From: Candidatus Abyssobacteria bacterium SURF_17 | GTDB lineage: Bacteria; Abyssobacteria; SURF-5 | Length of the DNA: 64,000 bases | Assembly: GCA_003598055.1 (NCBI GenBank) | Contig: QZKI01000121.1 | Location: 7,102-71,101 of the forward strand | Direction of reading: 5' to 3' | Shown: in pieces, positions 7,693 through 17,572 of the stretch | Layout of the letters: each line of letters starts with the position of its first letter | Numbering within the stretch: the stretch's first letter is position 1 | Made by a program: the position numbers and the translations under genes | The notes under the pieces: model-generated | What the model was told of the DNA's origin: nothing | The model's database searches: none | What the model saw: the letters and a program-made list of their open reading frames with translations, nothing else

Positions 7693-9741
7693 ATGCTCTT
7701 CTGGAAAGAGTGGCGCGAGATTCTGTGGCTGGTTGTCCTGTCGCCTGTAGCGCTCTGCGCCATCTCATTTATCAGATGGGAAGGTTGGCGCCCGGAGTTT
7801 TATGAGTTCCAATTCTGGGTCAATGCAATATTGTTCCTCCCGCTCGCTGCCCTCTTCTTAGGAGCAGGAGCCATGGCAGCAGAACGAGAGAGGGGAACAT
7901 TTGATTCATTACTCGCGAGGCCTGTCAGCCTGCTGAGGGTCTTTGTGGCCAAATTTGTGGTCAGGTTTGTGGCTGTCTTCCTCGTATTGCTGACCTCGGG
8001 CGTTCTATTCTGTCTTCTCAGACCCACGCACAACATTGAGATAATTGACCTTGTAAAAGGGTTCGCCGTTTTCCTTTCAGGCTTGTTCTTCCTATTGGCC
8101 ATATCCTTGTGCGCTTCGTGCCTCAGCGACACGCAGGGGAAAGCTTTCATCGCCAGCATTACCACGCTTTTGGCATTGATTTTCGTTATTAATTACACGC
8201 CATTCTTCAAATATACATGGTGGTGGAGAAGCTCGAGCGGACCGACGTGGGTCGAGTATGCGGCGTTCTATGTAAGCCTCTCGATACCAGCGCTGATGGT
8301 CGGCGGCACAATCTTCATGCAACAGGCAGCACTGCACTATAGATGGAGAGTCCTGGCGGTCGTCGCAGTCATACTCGTCCTCATTTTCGTACGGTCGGTT
8401 TCCACAACCTTCTCGTTGTTTGCAGGAGCGGCGAGCTCAGGCGACCTGGAACTCGTTCAGCTCGCCAGGAGCCCCGTGTACGATATTCTGGCAAAGATTT
8501 CTTCCTTCCAGAATACAGCACGCTCGCAGCAATTGAGAGAATTCCTGGTAGTCGCCACCCGCAACGGTATCGAGCGTGACCTGATAAAAGAACTCTCAAA
8601 CAGCGACCCAAAGATTCGGGCGATGGCCATTCACATTCTAGAAATGCGAAAATCGGCACAGGCCGCTCCCGCCGTGACGCCGCTCTTGAAGGACCAGGAC
8701 AGGGAGGTGAGGTATTGCGCCACGATGTTTGTCCAATCCCTAAAATATGAGGAGGCAATGCCGGCGCTTCTCGGCCTACTCGACGACCCGGTGAGCAGCG
8801 TCAGAGAGCGAGCGGTTTCTGCCTTGGCGGAAATCGAAGGAAAGGACGCAGGCCCGAGAATAATGCCGCTTCTCGACGACGAGAATCCAAGAGTGCGGGT
8901 AGCGGCCGCATTATCGCTAGGTCGTATGGACTATGGAGAAGCCGCGGACAAGATTGCGATGATGATGTTTCAAGACCCCGTGGACTATGTAAGACGCCAG
9001 GCTGCAATTTCGCTTCGATACTTGAAAAGCTCGCCGGCCTGTGATGCACTGATTCAGGCACTTGAGGATGACGACTCCAGACTGGTGGAAAATGTGGTTT
9101 ATTCCCTTGGAGAACTACGATGCGAGGCGGCTGTCGGGCCTTTGGTGGACGGACTGCGAACACATCTCCATGTTGCGCAGGCGCTGAAAGAAGCAAGAAG
9201 GCGCGGCCAAGAGCATCCTCTTCGGCCGAAGTATGGACACGGTAAGGTAGAAATTCCGGAGTTGGGATTCTCCGCCAGATATATTGCGGCCATGTACCCG
9301 TCGATACTTGCGACTCTTGTGAAGATAGATAGTCCGGCTGTCAAGCAAGCTCTCAGACAACTCTTCACCGATTTTGACCGCTTTCCCCAACTCAAGTTAC
9401 AGGCGGCGATTGCGCTTGCCGAGCTGGGTGACGCTACGGGGATCCCATACATAAGGGAACGATTGGCCGAGGACGCCAGCCAGCAGAAGCCAGGCTGGGA
9501 AATGAGGGAGCATGCGATGAGGCTTGCGAAGGCAGGAGAATACTCCGCCGTTCCTTTGCTTATTCCATATTTGGACGAAGGGTGGCCCGAGGAAAGATAT
9601 ATGTATGGCCAAATTCTGGAAGAGCTGACCGGGAAGAAGTATGGCTGGGATTCGAAGAGATGGAGGAAATGGTGGGAAAAGAACAAAGATGAGCTTCTGA
9701 GCAAACCGTTTGAGGCCAAGGACGAACACAGGAGGGGATAA
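7693..9741 (+). CDS. Membrane permease-like domain fused to a C-terminal HEAT-repeat (PBS-lyase-type) domain
   Basis: N-terminal roughly 260 aa are multi-TM (MLFWKEWREILWLVV...). The C-terminal roughly 400 aa contain at least six HEAT-like repeats (DPKIRAMAIHIL, DREVRYCATMFV, VSSVRERAVSAL, NPRVRVAAALSL, VDYVRRQAAISL). Confidence 0.65.
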   Translation: MLFWKEWREILWLVVLSPVALCAISFIRWEGWRPEFYEFQFWVNAILFLPLAALFLGAGAMAAERERGTFDSLLARPVSLLRVFVAKFVVRFVAVFLVLLTSGVLFCLLRPTHNIEIIDLVKGFAVFLSGLFFLLAISLCASCLSDTQGKAFIASITTLLALIFVINYTPFFKYTWWWRSSSGPTWVEYAAFYVSLSIPALMVGGTIFMQQAALHYRWRVLAVVAVILVLIFVRSVSTTFSLFAGAASSGDLELVQLARSPVYDILAKISSFQNTARSQQLREFLVVATRNGIERDLIKELSNSDPKIRAMAIHILEMRKSAQAAPAVTPLLKDQDREVRYCATMFVQSLKYEEAMPALLGLLDDPVSSVRERAVSALAEIEGKDAGPRIMPLLDDENPRVRVAAALSLGRMDYGEAADKIAMMMFQDPVDYVRRQAAISLRYLKSSPACDALIQALEDDDSRLVENVVYSLGELRCEAAVGPLVDGLRTHLHVAQALKEARRRGQEHPLRPKYGHGKVEIPELGFSARYIAAMYPSILATLVKIDSPAVKQALRQLFTDFDRFPQLKLQAAIALAELGDATGIPYIRERLAEDASQQKPGWEMREHAMRLAKAGEYSAVPLLIPYLDEGWPEERYMYGQILEELTGKKYGWDSKRWRKWWEKNKDELLSKPFEAKDEHRRG

Positions 9742-9743
9742 CA

Positions 9744-10472
9744 ATGAAACGCGCATGGTCTGTTTTGATTCTCGCTATCGTGATTCTCTGCACGGCGGTG
9801 TGCACCGCCAACGCCATTGAGGTCTCGCCGGATATGGAGGGCTACTTCAAGGTCGGCTACACCGACGGCAATACGTATGCCGTGAGGCTCGAGCTGGGCG
9901 AGGGTGCAGTGAAAGCCTACATTCTGCCATACGACTTTCTCTATCTCGGCATGGTCGCAGAGGACGGCATTTACTTCTCCGACCGGAACAATCCGAACAG
10001 ATGGGGAGTGCTGAGGGAATTTGACGGCAACACGGCTCTCATCACCGGGCATGACGCAGATGCGGGCAAGACGCGCGAGTTTTCAGCCATCAGAATAACC
10101 GAAGAAGAAGCAGTGGAAATCGCCGAAGAAACCCGCCAAAGAGATGCAAACGATGGATGCGTCCACAACCTCAAGCAGCTCGGGCTGTACCTGCATCTGT
10201 TCGCGAAGGATCATGACGGCGAGCTTCCCTATGACCTTGCAGAGCTCTTTCCGGAATATGTCACGGACAAGAGCGTTTTCGTGTGCCCTTCGCGCGGAGG
10301 CGAGTTCAGGGATTTCGAAATGGATTACGAATACATCCCCGGCTTTCGGAGCAATAGTCCAAATGCCTCTCAGGAGGCGGTGCTGATTGAGGTAGGGGGC
10401 AACCACACCTCTCCAACGGATTCCTATCACGTCCTCTATTTGGACGGTCATGTCGAGGGAAAGACAAGATAA
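9744..10472 (+). CDS. Secreted DUF1559-like protein with a Sec-type signal peptide instead of the usual prepilin N-terminus
   Basis: Signal peptide MKRAWSVLILAIVILCTAVCTANA. Internal motif CVHNLKQLGLYLHLFAKDHDGELP resembles the C-SNLKQIGLA-HNY core of Planctomycete DUF1559 proteins. C-terminal YLDGHVEG resembles the H-X9-DG region. Translationally coupled to the upstream gene. Confidence 0.5.
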   Translation: MKRAWSVLILAIVILCTAVCTANAIEVSPDMEGYFKVGYTDGNTYAVRLELGEGAVKAYILPYDFLYLGMVAEDGIYFSDRNNPNRWGVLREFDGNTALITGHDADAGKTREFSAIRITEEEAVEIAEETRQRDANDGCVHNLKQLGLYLHLFAKDHDGELPYDLAELFPEYVTDKSVFVCPSRGGEFRDFEMDYEYIPGFRSNSPNASQEAVLIEVGGNHTSPTDSYHVLYLDGHVEGKTR

Positions 10473-10706
10473 GCCCTGGACATCCGGCATGCCCTTTTCT
10501 TATCAGCTTCCCTTTCCGCTAGTCTACCTCGGGCTCTTTTGTCTCATATCTTTTGCCGTGGTGCCGCTCGTCGTGCGGGCATTTATTGTTATGCAGTTCA
10601 GAATAGGAAAACGACCTCTTACTTCCGAGGATTTGATCGCCTCCATGTCCGGCAGCATCATGGGTGTTTCTGCGTCTTAAGTAGGCGCGGCTTCATTTCC
10701 GAGTTC

Positions 10707-10748
10707 GCACTTCAGTGATCTCCCACAAAAGTGAGGACCCCGTTTTCA
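10707..10748 (-). repeat. 42-bp conserved motif A (81% identical to 53937-53978), spanning the stop codon of a small minus-strand ORF
   Basis: Base-by-base alignment to motif B gives 34/42 identical. On the minus strand it encodes ...LTFVGDH followed by TGA AGTGC. Confidence 0.6.
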
Positions 10749-11060
10749 TTCCCACACTCATCTTCTCGAGTACTGAGCAATCCTATCTCTACGGCCGCTG
10801 GATAAGAGCAGTTGAATGATGAGAATGTGCGCTGCGCGTGCGCACGATATATGCACTGCTTTCTGATAAAATTTACCTTTACCATCCGTGCAGATAGCAA
10901 ATCACTCTTGACGGAAGTCTTGGTTACGGTGGGAAGCTTCTTGCCCTGCTTGTTTCAATCGGCGTACCCTTGTTTTTCTTTGAGTTTTTTTGATATTATC
11001 TGGGCACACAAATTGCTCGACCAGTGCAGTCTCACCATGCGAGAGGGAGGAGAAAGGTCA

Positions 11061-11846
11061 ATGGGAAAACTTGACGGAAGAATCGCAATAATCACCGGCG
11101 CCGCAATGGGAAATGGCGAAGGCATCGCAAGAGTAATGGCCAAGCACGGTGCACACGTCGTGCTGTGGGATATTTCGGAAAGAGTCTACGAAACAGCCAA
11201 ATCAATACAATCGGGCGGGCGCGAAGCGACCCCTTATAAGGTGGATGTGAGAAGCTTCGAACAATGCAAAGAAGCGGCCGATGACGCCATCGCCAAATTC
11301 GGCAAGGTCGACGTCCTCTGTAACAATGCCGGGGTGACTCGGATGGTTCCCTTTCTCGAAATGTCCGATGAGGTGAGGGACTTTCAATTTGATGTCAACA
11401 TCAAAGGCGTTTGGAACTGCACGAAGGCTGTCCTTCCCAACATGAAACAGAACCAGTATGGTCGGATCATTATCATGTCGTCGGTGACGGGGCCAATGGT
11501 CGCAAACACGGGCGAGACGGCATATGCGACAACCAAGGCCGCCTTATGGGGATTCACAAAAGCGCTCGCGATCGAAGTCGTCAAGGACAACATCACGGTG
11601 AACGCGATTTGTCCGGGCATGATACGAACGCCTATGGTGGAAAATGAAGCGAGAAAGTTCAGTCCGGACGACCCGGACTCGGTTCTCGACATGATAGCGA
11701 GCACAATCCCGATGGGCAGACTCGGGAATCCTTTGGAGATTGGAGAGCTGGCCGCGTTTCTTGCCTCCGACGAGTCGAGCTATATCACCGGCGCCCACGT
11801 TGTCATTGACGGCGGCAATTCCTTGCCCGAAATTCCGATGCCGTAG
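11061..11846 (+). CDS. SDR-family oxidoreductase (3-oxoacyl-ACP reductase-like)
   Basis: RBS gagggagg then ATG at 11061. Rossmann motif TGAAMGNGEG and catalytic YATTK. The 5' part of the tracked ORF (10812-11060) is judged non-coding. Confidence 0.9.
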   Translation: MGKLDGRIAIITGAAMGNGEGIARVMAKHGAHVVLWDISERVYETAKSIQSGGREATPYKVDVRSFEQCKEAADDAIAKFGKVDVLCNNAGVTRMVPFLEMSDEVRDFQFDVNIKGVWNCTKAVLPNMKQNQYGRIIIMSSVTGPMVANTGETAYATTKAALWGFTKALAIEVVKDNITVNAICPGMIRTPMVENEARKFSPDDPDSVLDMIASTIPMGRLGNPLEIGELAAFLASDESSYITGAHVVIDGGNSLPEIPMP

Positions 11847-11956
11847 CCGAGTCCAATACGCTGGCGATAAAACTCGAGCAAGATGCAGGGGCGGACCTCG
11901 CCCCCTGCACTAATAAGGTTCAGCTTTCTGAATTCCTGTGTGATTCTTCCGACGTA

Positions 11957-12091
11957 GTCATTGCGAGGGAGCAAAGGGTCGCAGACCCGAGCGACCGAAG
12001 CAATCTCATCGGCAGCATTTGGAGACACATAAAGAGATTGCTTCGCTCGGGTCCGAGACCGTCGGGCTTAAGGCCCTTCGCTCGCAATGAC
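11957..12091. repeat. MITE/REP-like nested-palindrome element, copy 2 (135 bp)
   Basis: Same terminal and inner inverted repeats as 6905-7007, with about 30 bp of extra internal sequence. Sits in the SDR to Fe-ADH intergenic region. Confidence 0.75.
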
Positions 12092-12191
12092 GGTTTTTCG
12101 GTTGCGCCTATGCAGTGCTGTGGAACATCAGTGCTTATTTACCATTATCAATGGTCAATATTTCTTGCGGACATCAGTGAAAGGAGATTGC

Positions 12192-13367
12192 ATGTCTGAA
12201 ATCATTGAAGGGAAATCATACGTTTTTCTTTCGCCCTCCAAGATAATTTTCGGGATGGGCGCGGCGAAATCGGTAGGCGATGAAGTGAAGCGATTGGGCG
12301 GGAGCAAGGTTCTGATCGTGACCGACTCAATTTTGCTGAAAGCGGACGTGATCCGGCCTGTGGTCGAGTCGCTGGAAACCGCAGGAATCCCGCATGTCAT
12401 TTATGATGGCGTGGAGCCGGACCCCCCGACGGAACTGGTGGACGAAGCGACGGACAAATACCGCAAAGAACGTTGTGACTTGGTGGTCGGTATTGGCGGA
12501 GCGAGTTCGCTCGACGTGGCAAAGGGCGTTTCGGTCGTGGCCACGAATTCAGAAAAAGTTATGGACGTATGCGGATTTGAGCAGGCCACCAAGAGAGCCG
12601 CGCCAAAAATTCTTCTCTCGACTACGCATACTGCCGGAGGAGAATTGAGCCCCTATGTCATCATGCACATGTCACGGGAAGACCACAGCCTCATGCCGAT
12701 CGTGAGCGAGTATGCGATACCTGAAGTGGCGATCATGGACCCGCTTCTTACCGTTTCGATGCCGCCGTCGGTCACGCTCGAGACCGGCTTAGATTCGCTT
12801 GTAACCGCCATCGAGGCGCTTGTCGCCGCAAACGCGAATCCGTTCTCGGACGTTTTTGCGGAGCCGGCTATCAAGATGGGGACCGAGTACCTTCCTGTTG
12901 CCTGGGCAAAAGGGTCGAATCTGACCGCCAGGTATTTTATGTGTCTCACGGCAACGTTTTCCGGCATAGCCTTCGTGGCTTCGAGTGTTGGAGCGGTACA
13001 TGCGTTATCGTACGCCATCGGGAGCGCGTATCACCTTAGTCATGGCCGCTCGCTTGCCGTGCTTCTCCCTCACGTTATGAAATTCAACCTGCCCGGGAAT
13101 CCGTCGAGATATGCGCGCGTCGCTGCTCTGATGGGGAAGAGCATAGAAGGACTTTCCCTGATGGAGGCCGCGCAGTTGGCCGTCGAGGGCGCCAAAGAAA
13201 TTCTGCAGACCTTGGGCGTCTCCACTCGATTGCGCGATTACGGCGCATCCGAAGGGGACCTGCCTCGTTTAGCCGACGAAACGATGGAAACGATAGGCTT
13301 TTTCGGATACAATCCGAGGGATTTGGATGAAGAAAAGATACGTGGGATCTATCAAGCTGCATATTGA
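12192..13367 (+). CDS. Iron-containing alcohol dehydrogenase
   Basis: RBS aaggag then ATG at 12192. GGGSSLDVAKG motif. Fe-ADH length (391 aa). Confidence 0.9.
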   Translation: MSEIIEGKSYVFLSPSKIIFGMGAAKSVGDEVKRLGGSKVLIVTDSILLKADVIRPVVESLETAGIPHVIYDGVEPDPPTELVDEATDKYRKERCDLVVGIGGASSLDVAKGVSVVATNSEKVMDVCGFEQATKRAAPKILLSTTHTAGGELSPYVIMHMSREDHSLMPIVSEYAIPEVAIMDPLLTVSMPPSVTLETGLDSLVTAIEALVAANANPFSDVFAEPAIKMGTEYLPVAWAKGSNLTARYFMCLTATFSGIAFVASSVGAVHALSYAIGSAYHLSHGRSLAVLLPHVMKFNLPGNPSRYARVAALMGKSIEGLSLMEAAQLAVEGAKEILQTLGVSTRLRDYGASEGDLPRLADETMETIGFFGYNPRDLDEEKIRGIYQAAY

Positions 13368-13404
13368 CGCAGATGCGACAGTCAGGCATTGTGGAGGAGA
13401 TGTT

Positions 13405-14808
13405 ATGAGCGAGAAGAAAATAGTGTATCCCTATATCCCCAACTCGGTCAGCACGGTCAAGGCGCAAATGATGAAGGAAGTTGGCATCAGCGACATCATG
13501 GAATTATATGATGAAATCCCTGAACATTTGCGGTTCAAGGAAAAGATGAATCTGCCCGAGCCGATTCTGGATGAATATTCCATACGAAAACATGTCGAAG
13601 GCCTGCTGAATAGGAACAAGAACTGTTCCGAATATCTCAATTTTTTGGGCGCCGGCTGCGCACAGCATTATGTGCCCGCAGTATGCGACGAAATCAACGG
13701 CCGCGGCGAGTTCCTGACAGCATATTCGGGGTTTTTCTGGGGCGACCATGGCAAATGGCAGGCGTGGTTCGAATACCAGAGCCTGATGGGCGAATTGCTC
13801 GATATGGACCATCTGAGCGTTCCGCAGTATGACGGCGCGCAGGCGGCTGCATCCTCCCTGCGAATGGCTTCAAGAATCAATGGACGGAAAGAAGTTCTCC
13901 TGCCAAAGACAATGAATCCGGAAATCCTGCTGGTGGTGCGAAACTACTTGAAGGGCGCTGCCGGTTCGGAAATCGCGAGCACGATGATCGGGTTCGACCC
14001 AAAGACGGGTCTGCTCGACCTCGATGACCTGAGGTCCAAGATTTCGGACGCGACGGCAGCGGTGTTCATTGAGAACCCATCCTATCTCGGGATGATCGAA
14101 AGTCAAGCTGAAGAGATTGGGAAGATTGCCCGCGAAAATGGCGCTGAGTTCGTCGTCTATACTGACCCAATTGCGCTCGGCATGATTGCTCCTCCCGCCC
14201 ATTACGGCGCTACGATAGCGTGCGGAGACCTTCATCCGCTTGGAATTCATATGCAATGTGGCGGGGGACAGGGTGGGTTTGTCGCAACACACGACGATAT
14301 GGAGCATGCATCGCAATTCAAGGACTTCGTCGTCAGCCTGACTGATACCGTCGTTGAAGGCGAGTACGGCCTCGGGTTGGTATTGCCCATGAATCTTTCG
14401 TACCTTGCCCGGGAAGAAGCAAAAGAGTATACGGGCACGAGCACTGGCCTCTGGGCGATCACCGCGGCAGTGTACCTTTCCTTGATGGGACCCAAAGGCA
14501 TGGAGGAAATTGCCCAAACCATCATGCAAAAAGCACAGTACGCGGCCAAAAAAATCGCACAATTAGACGGAGTCGAATTGCGGTTCAGCTCGCCATTCTT
14601 CAAAGAATTCGTTGTAAATTTTGATAAGAGCGGCAAGAGCGTAAAGAAGATAAATAAGGCATTGCTCAAGCACAGGATTTTCGGCGGGAAGGATATTTCG
14701 CGAGAATTTCCTGAGTTCGGCCAAAGCGCTCTCTACTGTGTGACGGAGATCATGACGAAGGAAGACATTGATAGGTTGGTTGGCGCTCTTGCGAAAGTTG
14801 CAAAATGA
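13405..14808 (+). CDS. gcvPA: Glycine dehydrogenase (decarboxylating) subunit 1
   Basis: RBS ggaggag then ATG at 13405. N-terminus MSEKKIVYPYIPNS and GcvPA length (467 aa). Immediately followed by gcvPB. Confidence 0.85.
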   Translation: MSEKKIVYPYIPNSVSTVKAQMMKEVGISDIMELYDEIPEHLRFKEKMNLPEPILDEYSIRKHVEGLLNRNKNCSEYLNFLGAGCAQHYVPAVCDEINGRGEFLTAYSGFFWGDHGKWQAWFEYQSLMGELLDMDHLSVPQYDGAQAAASSLRMASRINGRKEVLLPKTMNPEILLVVRNYLKGAAGSEIASTMIGFDPKTGLLDLDDLRSKISDATAAVFIENPSYLGMIESQAEEIGKIARENGAEFVVYTDPIALGMIAPPAHYGATIACGDLHPLGIHMQCGGGQGGFVATHDDMEHASQFKDFVVSLTDTVVEGEYGLGLVLPMNLSYLAREEAKEYTGTSTGLWAITAAVYLSLMGPKGMEEIAQTIMQKAQYAAKKIAQLDGVELRFSSPFFKEFVVNFDKSGKSVKKINKALLKHRIFGGKDISREFPEFGQSALYCVTEIMTKEDIDRLVGALAKVAK

Positions 14809-14862
14809 ATTCTGGGCGACGGATTGCAGACCGCAAGCCTGCTTGAGAAAGGACATACACCC

Positions 14863-16425
14863 ATGGGTAGAAATAGCAAAACATTACTTCGAAAGTTTCA
14901 TCAGGCTCGTTGGGATGAGGAAATCATCTTCGAACTGAGCGTGCCGGGCGAGAGAGGAATTCTGGTTCCGAGGGCTGAGGATGGCATTCGAGCTGAGGTG
15001 GGCGATGGCATATCAGTGATTCCGAACAACCTCAAGAGGGAAAAGCCCGCAGGTCTTCCGGAAATTAATCAGATGCGGGTTCTAAGGCACTTCATGCGGC
15101 TTTCGCAAGAAACCCTGGGCGCCGATATCGCTCCAGACATCGGAGAAGGCACGTGCACCATGAAGTACAGCCCAAAGGTTCAGGAACACCTGGCCGCAAG
15201 ACATCCGGGCATGGTGGAAATCCATCCTTTACAAGACGAGAACACGATCCAGGGAATTTTGGAGATATATTACAAGTTGGAACAGTTTCTGAAGGAAATC
15301 TCCGGCCTCACATACTTCTCTCTGCAGCCGAGCAGCGGCAGCCAGGCGATTTATGCGAATGCATCCATTGTGAGAGCATATCATGCATCCAGGGGCGATA
15401 ATAAGCGGGACGAAATCATCACCACAATGTTTTCACACCCCGTTGATGCTGCCGCTCCCGCAACCGCCGGGTACAAAGTCATCACGTTGATGCCGGGCGA
15501 AAACGGCTATCCGGACCTGGGCGCAATGAAAGATGCCCTTTCCGAGCGCACAGCGGGAATCTTCATCACAAACCCCGAAGATACCGGTATCTACAACTCG
15601 ACGATTGATGAGTACGTGAAAGCGGCTCACGACGTGGGGGCTTTGTGCTCGTACGATCAGGCAAACGCCAATGGACTGCTTGGTATCGCCCGGGCGAAGG
15701 AAGCCGGATTCGACCTGTGCCACTTCAACATTCATAAAACCTTCTCGGCTCCACACGGCTGCATGGGGCCGGCCATGGGCGCCATCGGGGTAACCAAGGA
15801 ACTGGGGGAATACCTTCCCGTGCCCAGGGTGAAGTTTGACGGGAAGAAGTACTATTTAGATTACAAAAGACCCAAGAGCATCGGCCGCGTCAGGTGCTTT
15901 TTCGGAAATACTCCGCTCGCATTGAAGGCCTACGCATGGATCATGCAGCACGGCGCTGACGGCCTGAAAGAGGCCGCCGAAATATCGGTTCTCAATAACA
16001 ACTACATGGAAAAAAAGATACGAGAAATTCCAGGCGTCGTGGTGAAGTACGCCGAGGGCAAGCGCAGGCTGGAACAAGTGCGCTACTCTTGGGAGAAGCT
16101 GATGGAGGATGTCGGTGTGGGCACGGATGACGTCGAGCGCCGAATGGTTGACTACGGGCTGCCGCACTATTTCCAGAGCCACCATCCCCATGTCGTGCCC
16201 GAGCCATTTACGCTCGAACCTTGCGAATCCTACTCGAAAGATGACATTGACGAGTTTGTGGCGGTTATGCGACAGATATCAAAGGAAGCCCACGAGGACC
16301 CGGAACTTGTCCGCAACGCGCCGCACAACGCTCCCATCCACAATATACCGATGCCGGTCATCTTCGACCCTGAAGAAATGGCGACTACATGGCGCAAGTA
16401 CAAGAGGATGAAGGGAATCAAGTAG
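14863..16425 (+). CDS. gcvPB: Glycine dehydrogenase (decarboxylating) subunit 2, PLP-dependent
   Basis: ATG at 14863. PLP-lysine region FNIHKTFSAPHG. 520 aa. Confidence 0.85.
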   Translation: MGRNSKTLLRKFHQARWDEEIIFELSVPGERGILVPRAEDGIRAEVGDGISVIPNNLKREKPAGLPEINQMRVLRHFMRLSQETLGADIAPDIGEGTCTMKYSPKVQEHLAARHPGMVEIHPLQDENTIQGILEIYYKLEQFLKEISGLTYFSLQPSSGSQAIYANASIVRAYHASRGDNKRDEIITTMFSHPVDAAAPATAGYKVITLMPGENGYPDLGAMKDALSERTAGIFITNPEDTGIYNSTIDEYVKAAHDVGALCSYDQANANGLLGIARAKEAGFDLCHFNIHKTFSAPHGCMGPAMGAIGVTKELGEYLPVPRVKFDGKKYYLDYKRPKSIGRVRCFFGNTPLALKAYAWIMQHGADGLKEAAEISVLNNNYMEKKIREIPGVVVKYAEGKRRLEQVRYSWEKLMEDVGVGTDDVERRMVDYGLPHYFQSHHPHVVPEPFTLEPCESYSKDDIDEFVAVMRQISKEAHEDPELVRNAPHNAPIHNIPMPVIFDPEEMATTWRKYKRMKGIK

Positions 16426-16456
16426 TTCTGCAAACGGTATTCGCTGACATATAGAA

Positions 16457-17572
16457 ATGAGAAAATTGGGAGTCATAGTTAATCCCGTCGCCGGCATGGG
16501 CGGACGGGTAGGGTTGAAGGGAAGTGATGGCCCCGATATTCTTCGCCGCGCGCGGGAATTGGGCGCACATCCCCAATCTCCCTCGAGGGCGGTCGAGGCA
16601 CTTAAGGTCGTCTCACGGCTAAAGGATACTATTGCTGTCATCACGTATCCAGCCGAGATGGGAGAATACGAATGCGTAGAGGCAGGCCTGCGGCCGACCG
16701 TTATCGGTTACATCCGCAGCACAGAGACCACCCCGCAAGACACCCAAAAGGCTGCCCAGGAGATGGCCGCGGAAAATGTCGACCTGATCCTCTTTGCCGG
16801 CGGAGACGGAACCGCGCGTGACATCTGTGATGCAATCGGACAGAAAACGACAGTGCTCGGAATACCAACCGGCGTAAAAATCCATTCGGGCGTGTACGCG
16901 GTCACTCCCAAGAGCGCCGGCGAGGTGGCAGCGATGTTCTTGGAAGGTAAATTGAAGGCCACGCGGGAGGCTGAGGTCATGGATATAGATGAGGACGCCT
17001 TCCGAAACGGTGTTCTAACCGCGAAACTCTACGGCTATCTCCTGGTTCCCGAGGAAAAGAGGTTTGTCCAGAGTGTCAAGTCTGGAGGTGTTCGCGCGGA
17101 AGCACAATCGCTTCATGCCATAGCTGCGGATGTAATTGCCGGGATGAACGAAGGCAATTACTACATCATCGGGCCGGGCACGACAACGCGGGCTATCATG
17201 GAGCGCTTAGGGCTGAAAAACACGCTGCTTGGGGTAGACGTCATTCTCAATAAAGAGCTTGTGGCAAATGACGCCAGTGAGAGTCAGCTATTAGACTTGA
17301 TACAAGGCAAAGAAGCAAAAATCGTTGTGACGGTAATCGGCGGCCAAGGCCACCTTTTCGGCCGCGGAAATCAACAGATCAGCCCACGTGTCATCCGCAT
17401 GGTGGGAAAGAAAAACATCATCGTCATCGCCACGAAGGAGAAGCTAATCTCATTATCCGGCAGACCGCTGCTGGTGGACACCGGCGATGAAGAGCTCAAT
17501 CAAGAACTCACGGGCTACATACGAGTGACGACCGGGTTCAGAGATTATGTGATGTACAGAGTGGGTTTCTGA
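16457..17572 (+). CDS. ATP-NAD kinase family protein (COG3199-like)
   Basis: N-terminal GVIVNPVAGMGG and internal GGDGT motifs of the NAD kinase / diacylglycerol kinase fold. About 370 aa, as in COG3199. Confidence 0.55.
   Translation: MRKLGVIVNPVAGMGGRVGLKGSDGPDILRRARELGAHPQSPSRAVEALKVVSRLKDTIAVITYPAEMGEYECVEAGLRPTVIGYIRSTETTPQDTQKAAQEMAAENVDLILFAGGDGTARDICDAIGQKTTVLGIPTGVKIHSGVYAVTPKSAGEVAAMFLEGKLKATREAEVMDIDEDAFRNGVLTAKLYGYLLVPEEKRFVQSVKSGGVRAEAQSLHAIAADVIAGMNEGNYYIIGPGTTTRAIMERLGLKNTLLGVDVILNKELVANDASESQLLDLIQGKEAKIVVTVIGGQGHLFGRGNQQISPRVIRMVGKKNIIVIATKEKLISLSGRPLLVDTGDEELNQELTGYIRVTTGFRDYVMYRVGF

Noticed and set aside
9099-10052. 317-aa minus-strand ORF overlapping the HEAT-repeat and DUF1559 genes
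   Set aside because: It is antisense to two well-supported plus-strand genes and has no RBS or domain signature.
10812-11060. N-terminal 83 codons of the tracked SDR ORF
   Set aside because: The conserved Rossmann N-terminus begins at the ATG at 11061, which has a GGAGG RBS. The upstream part is Cys/Phe-rich, unconserved, and contains the 42-bp repeat region.
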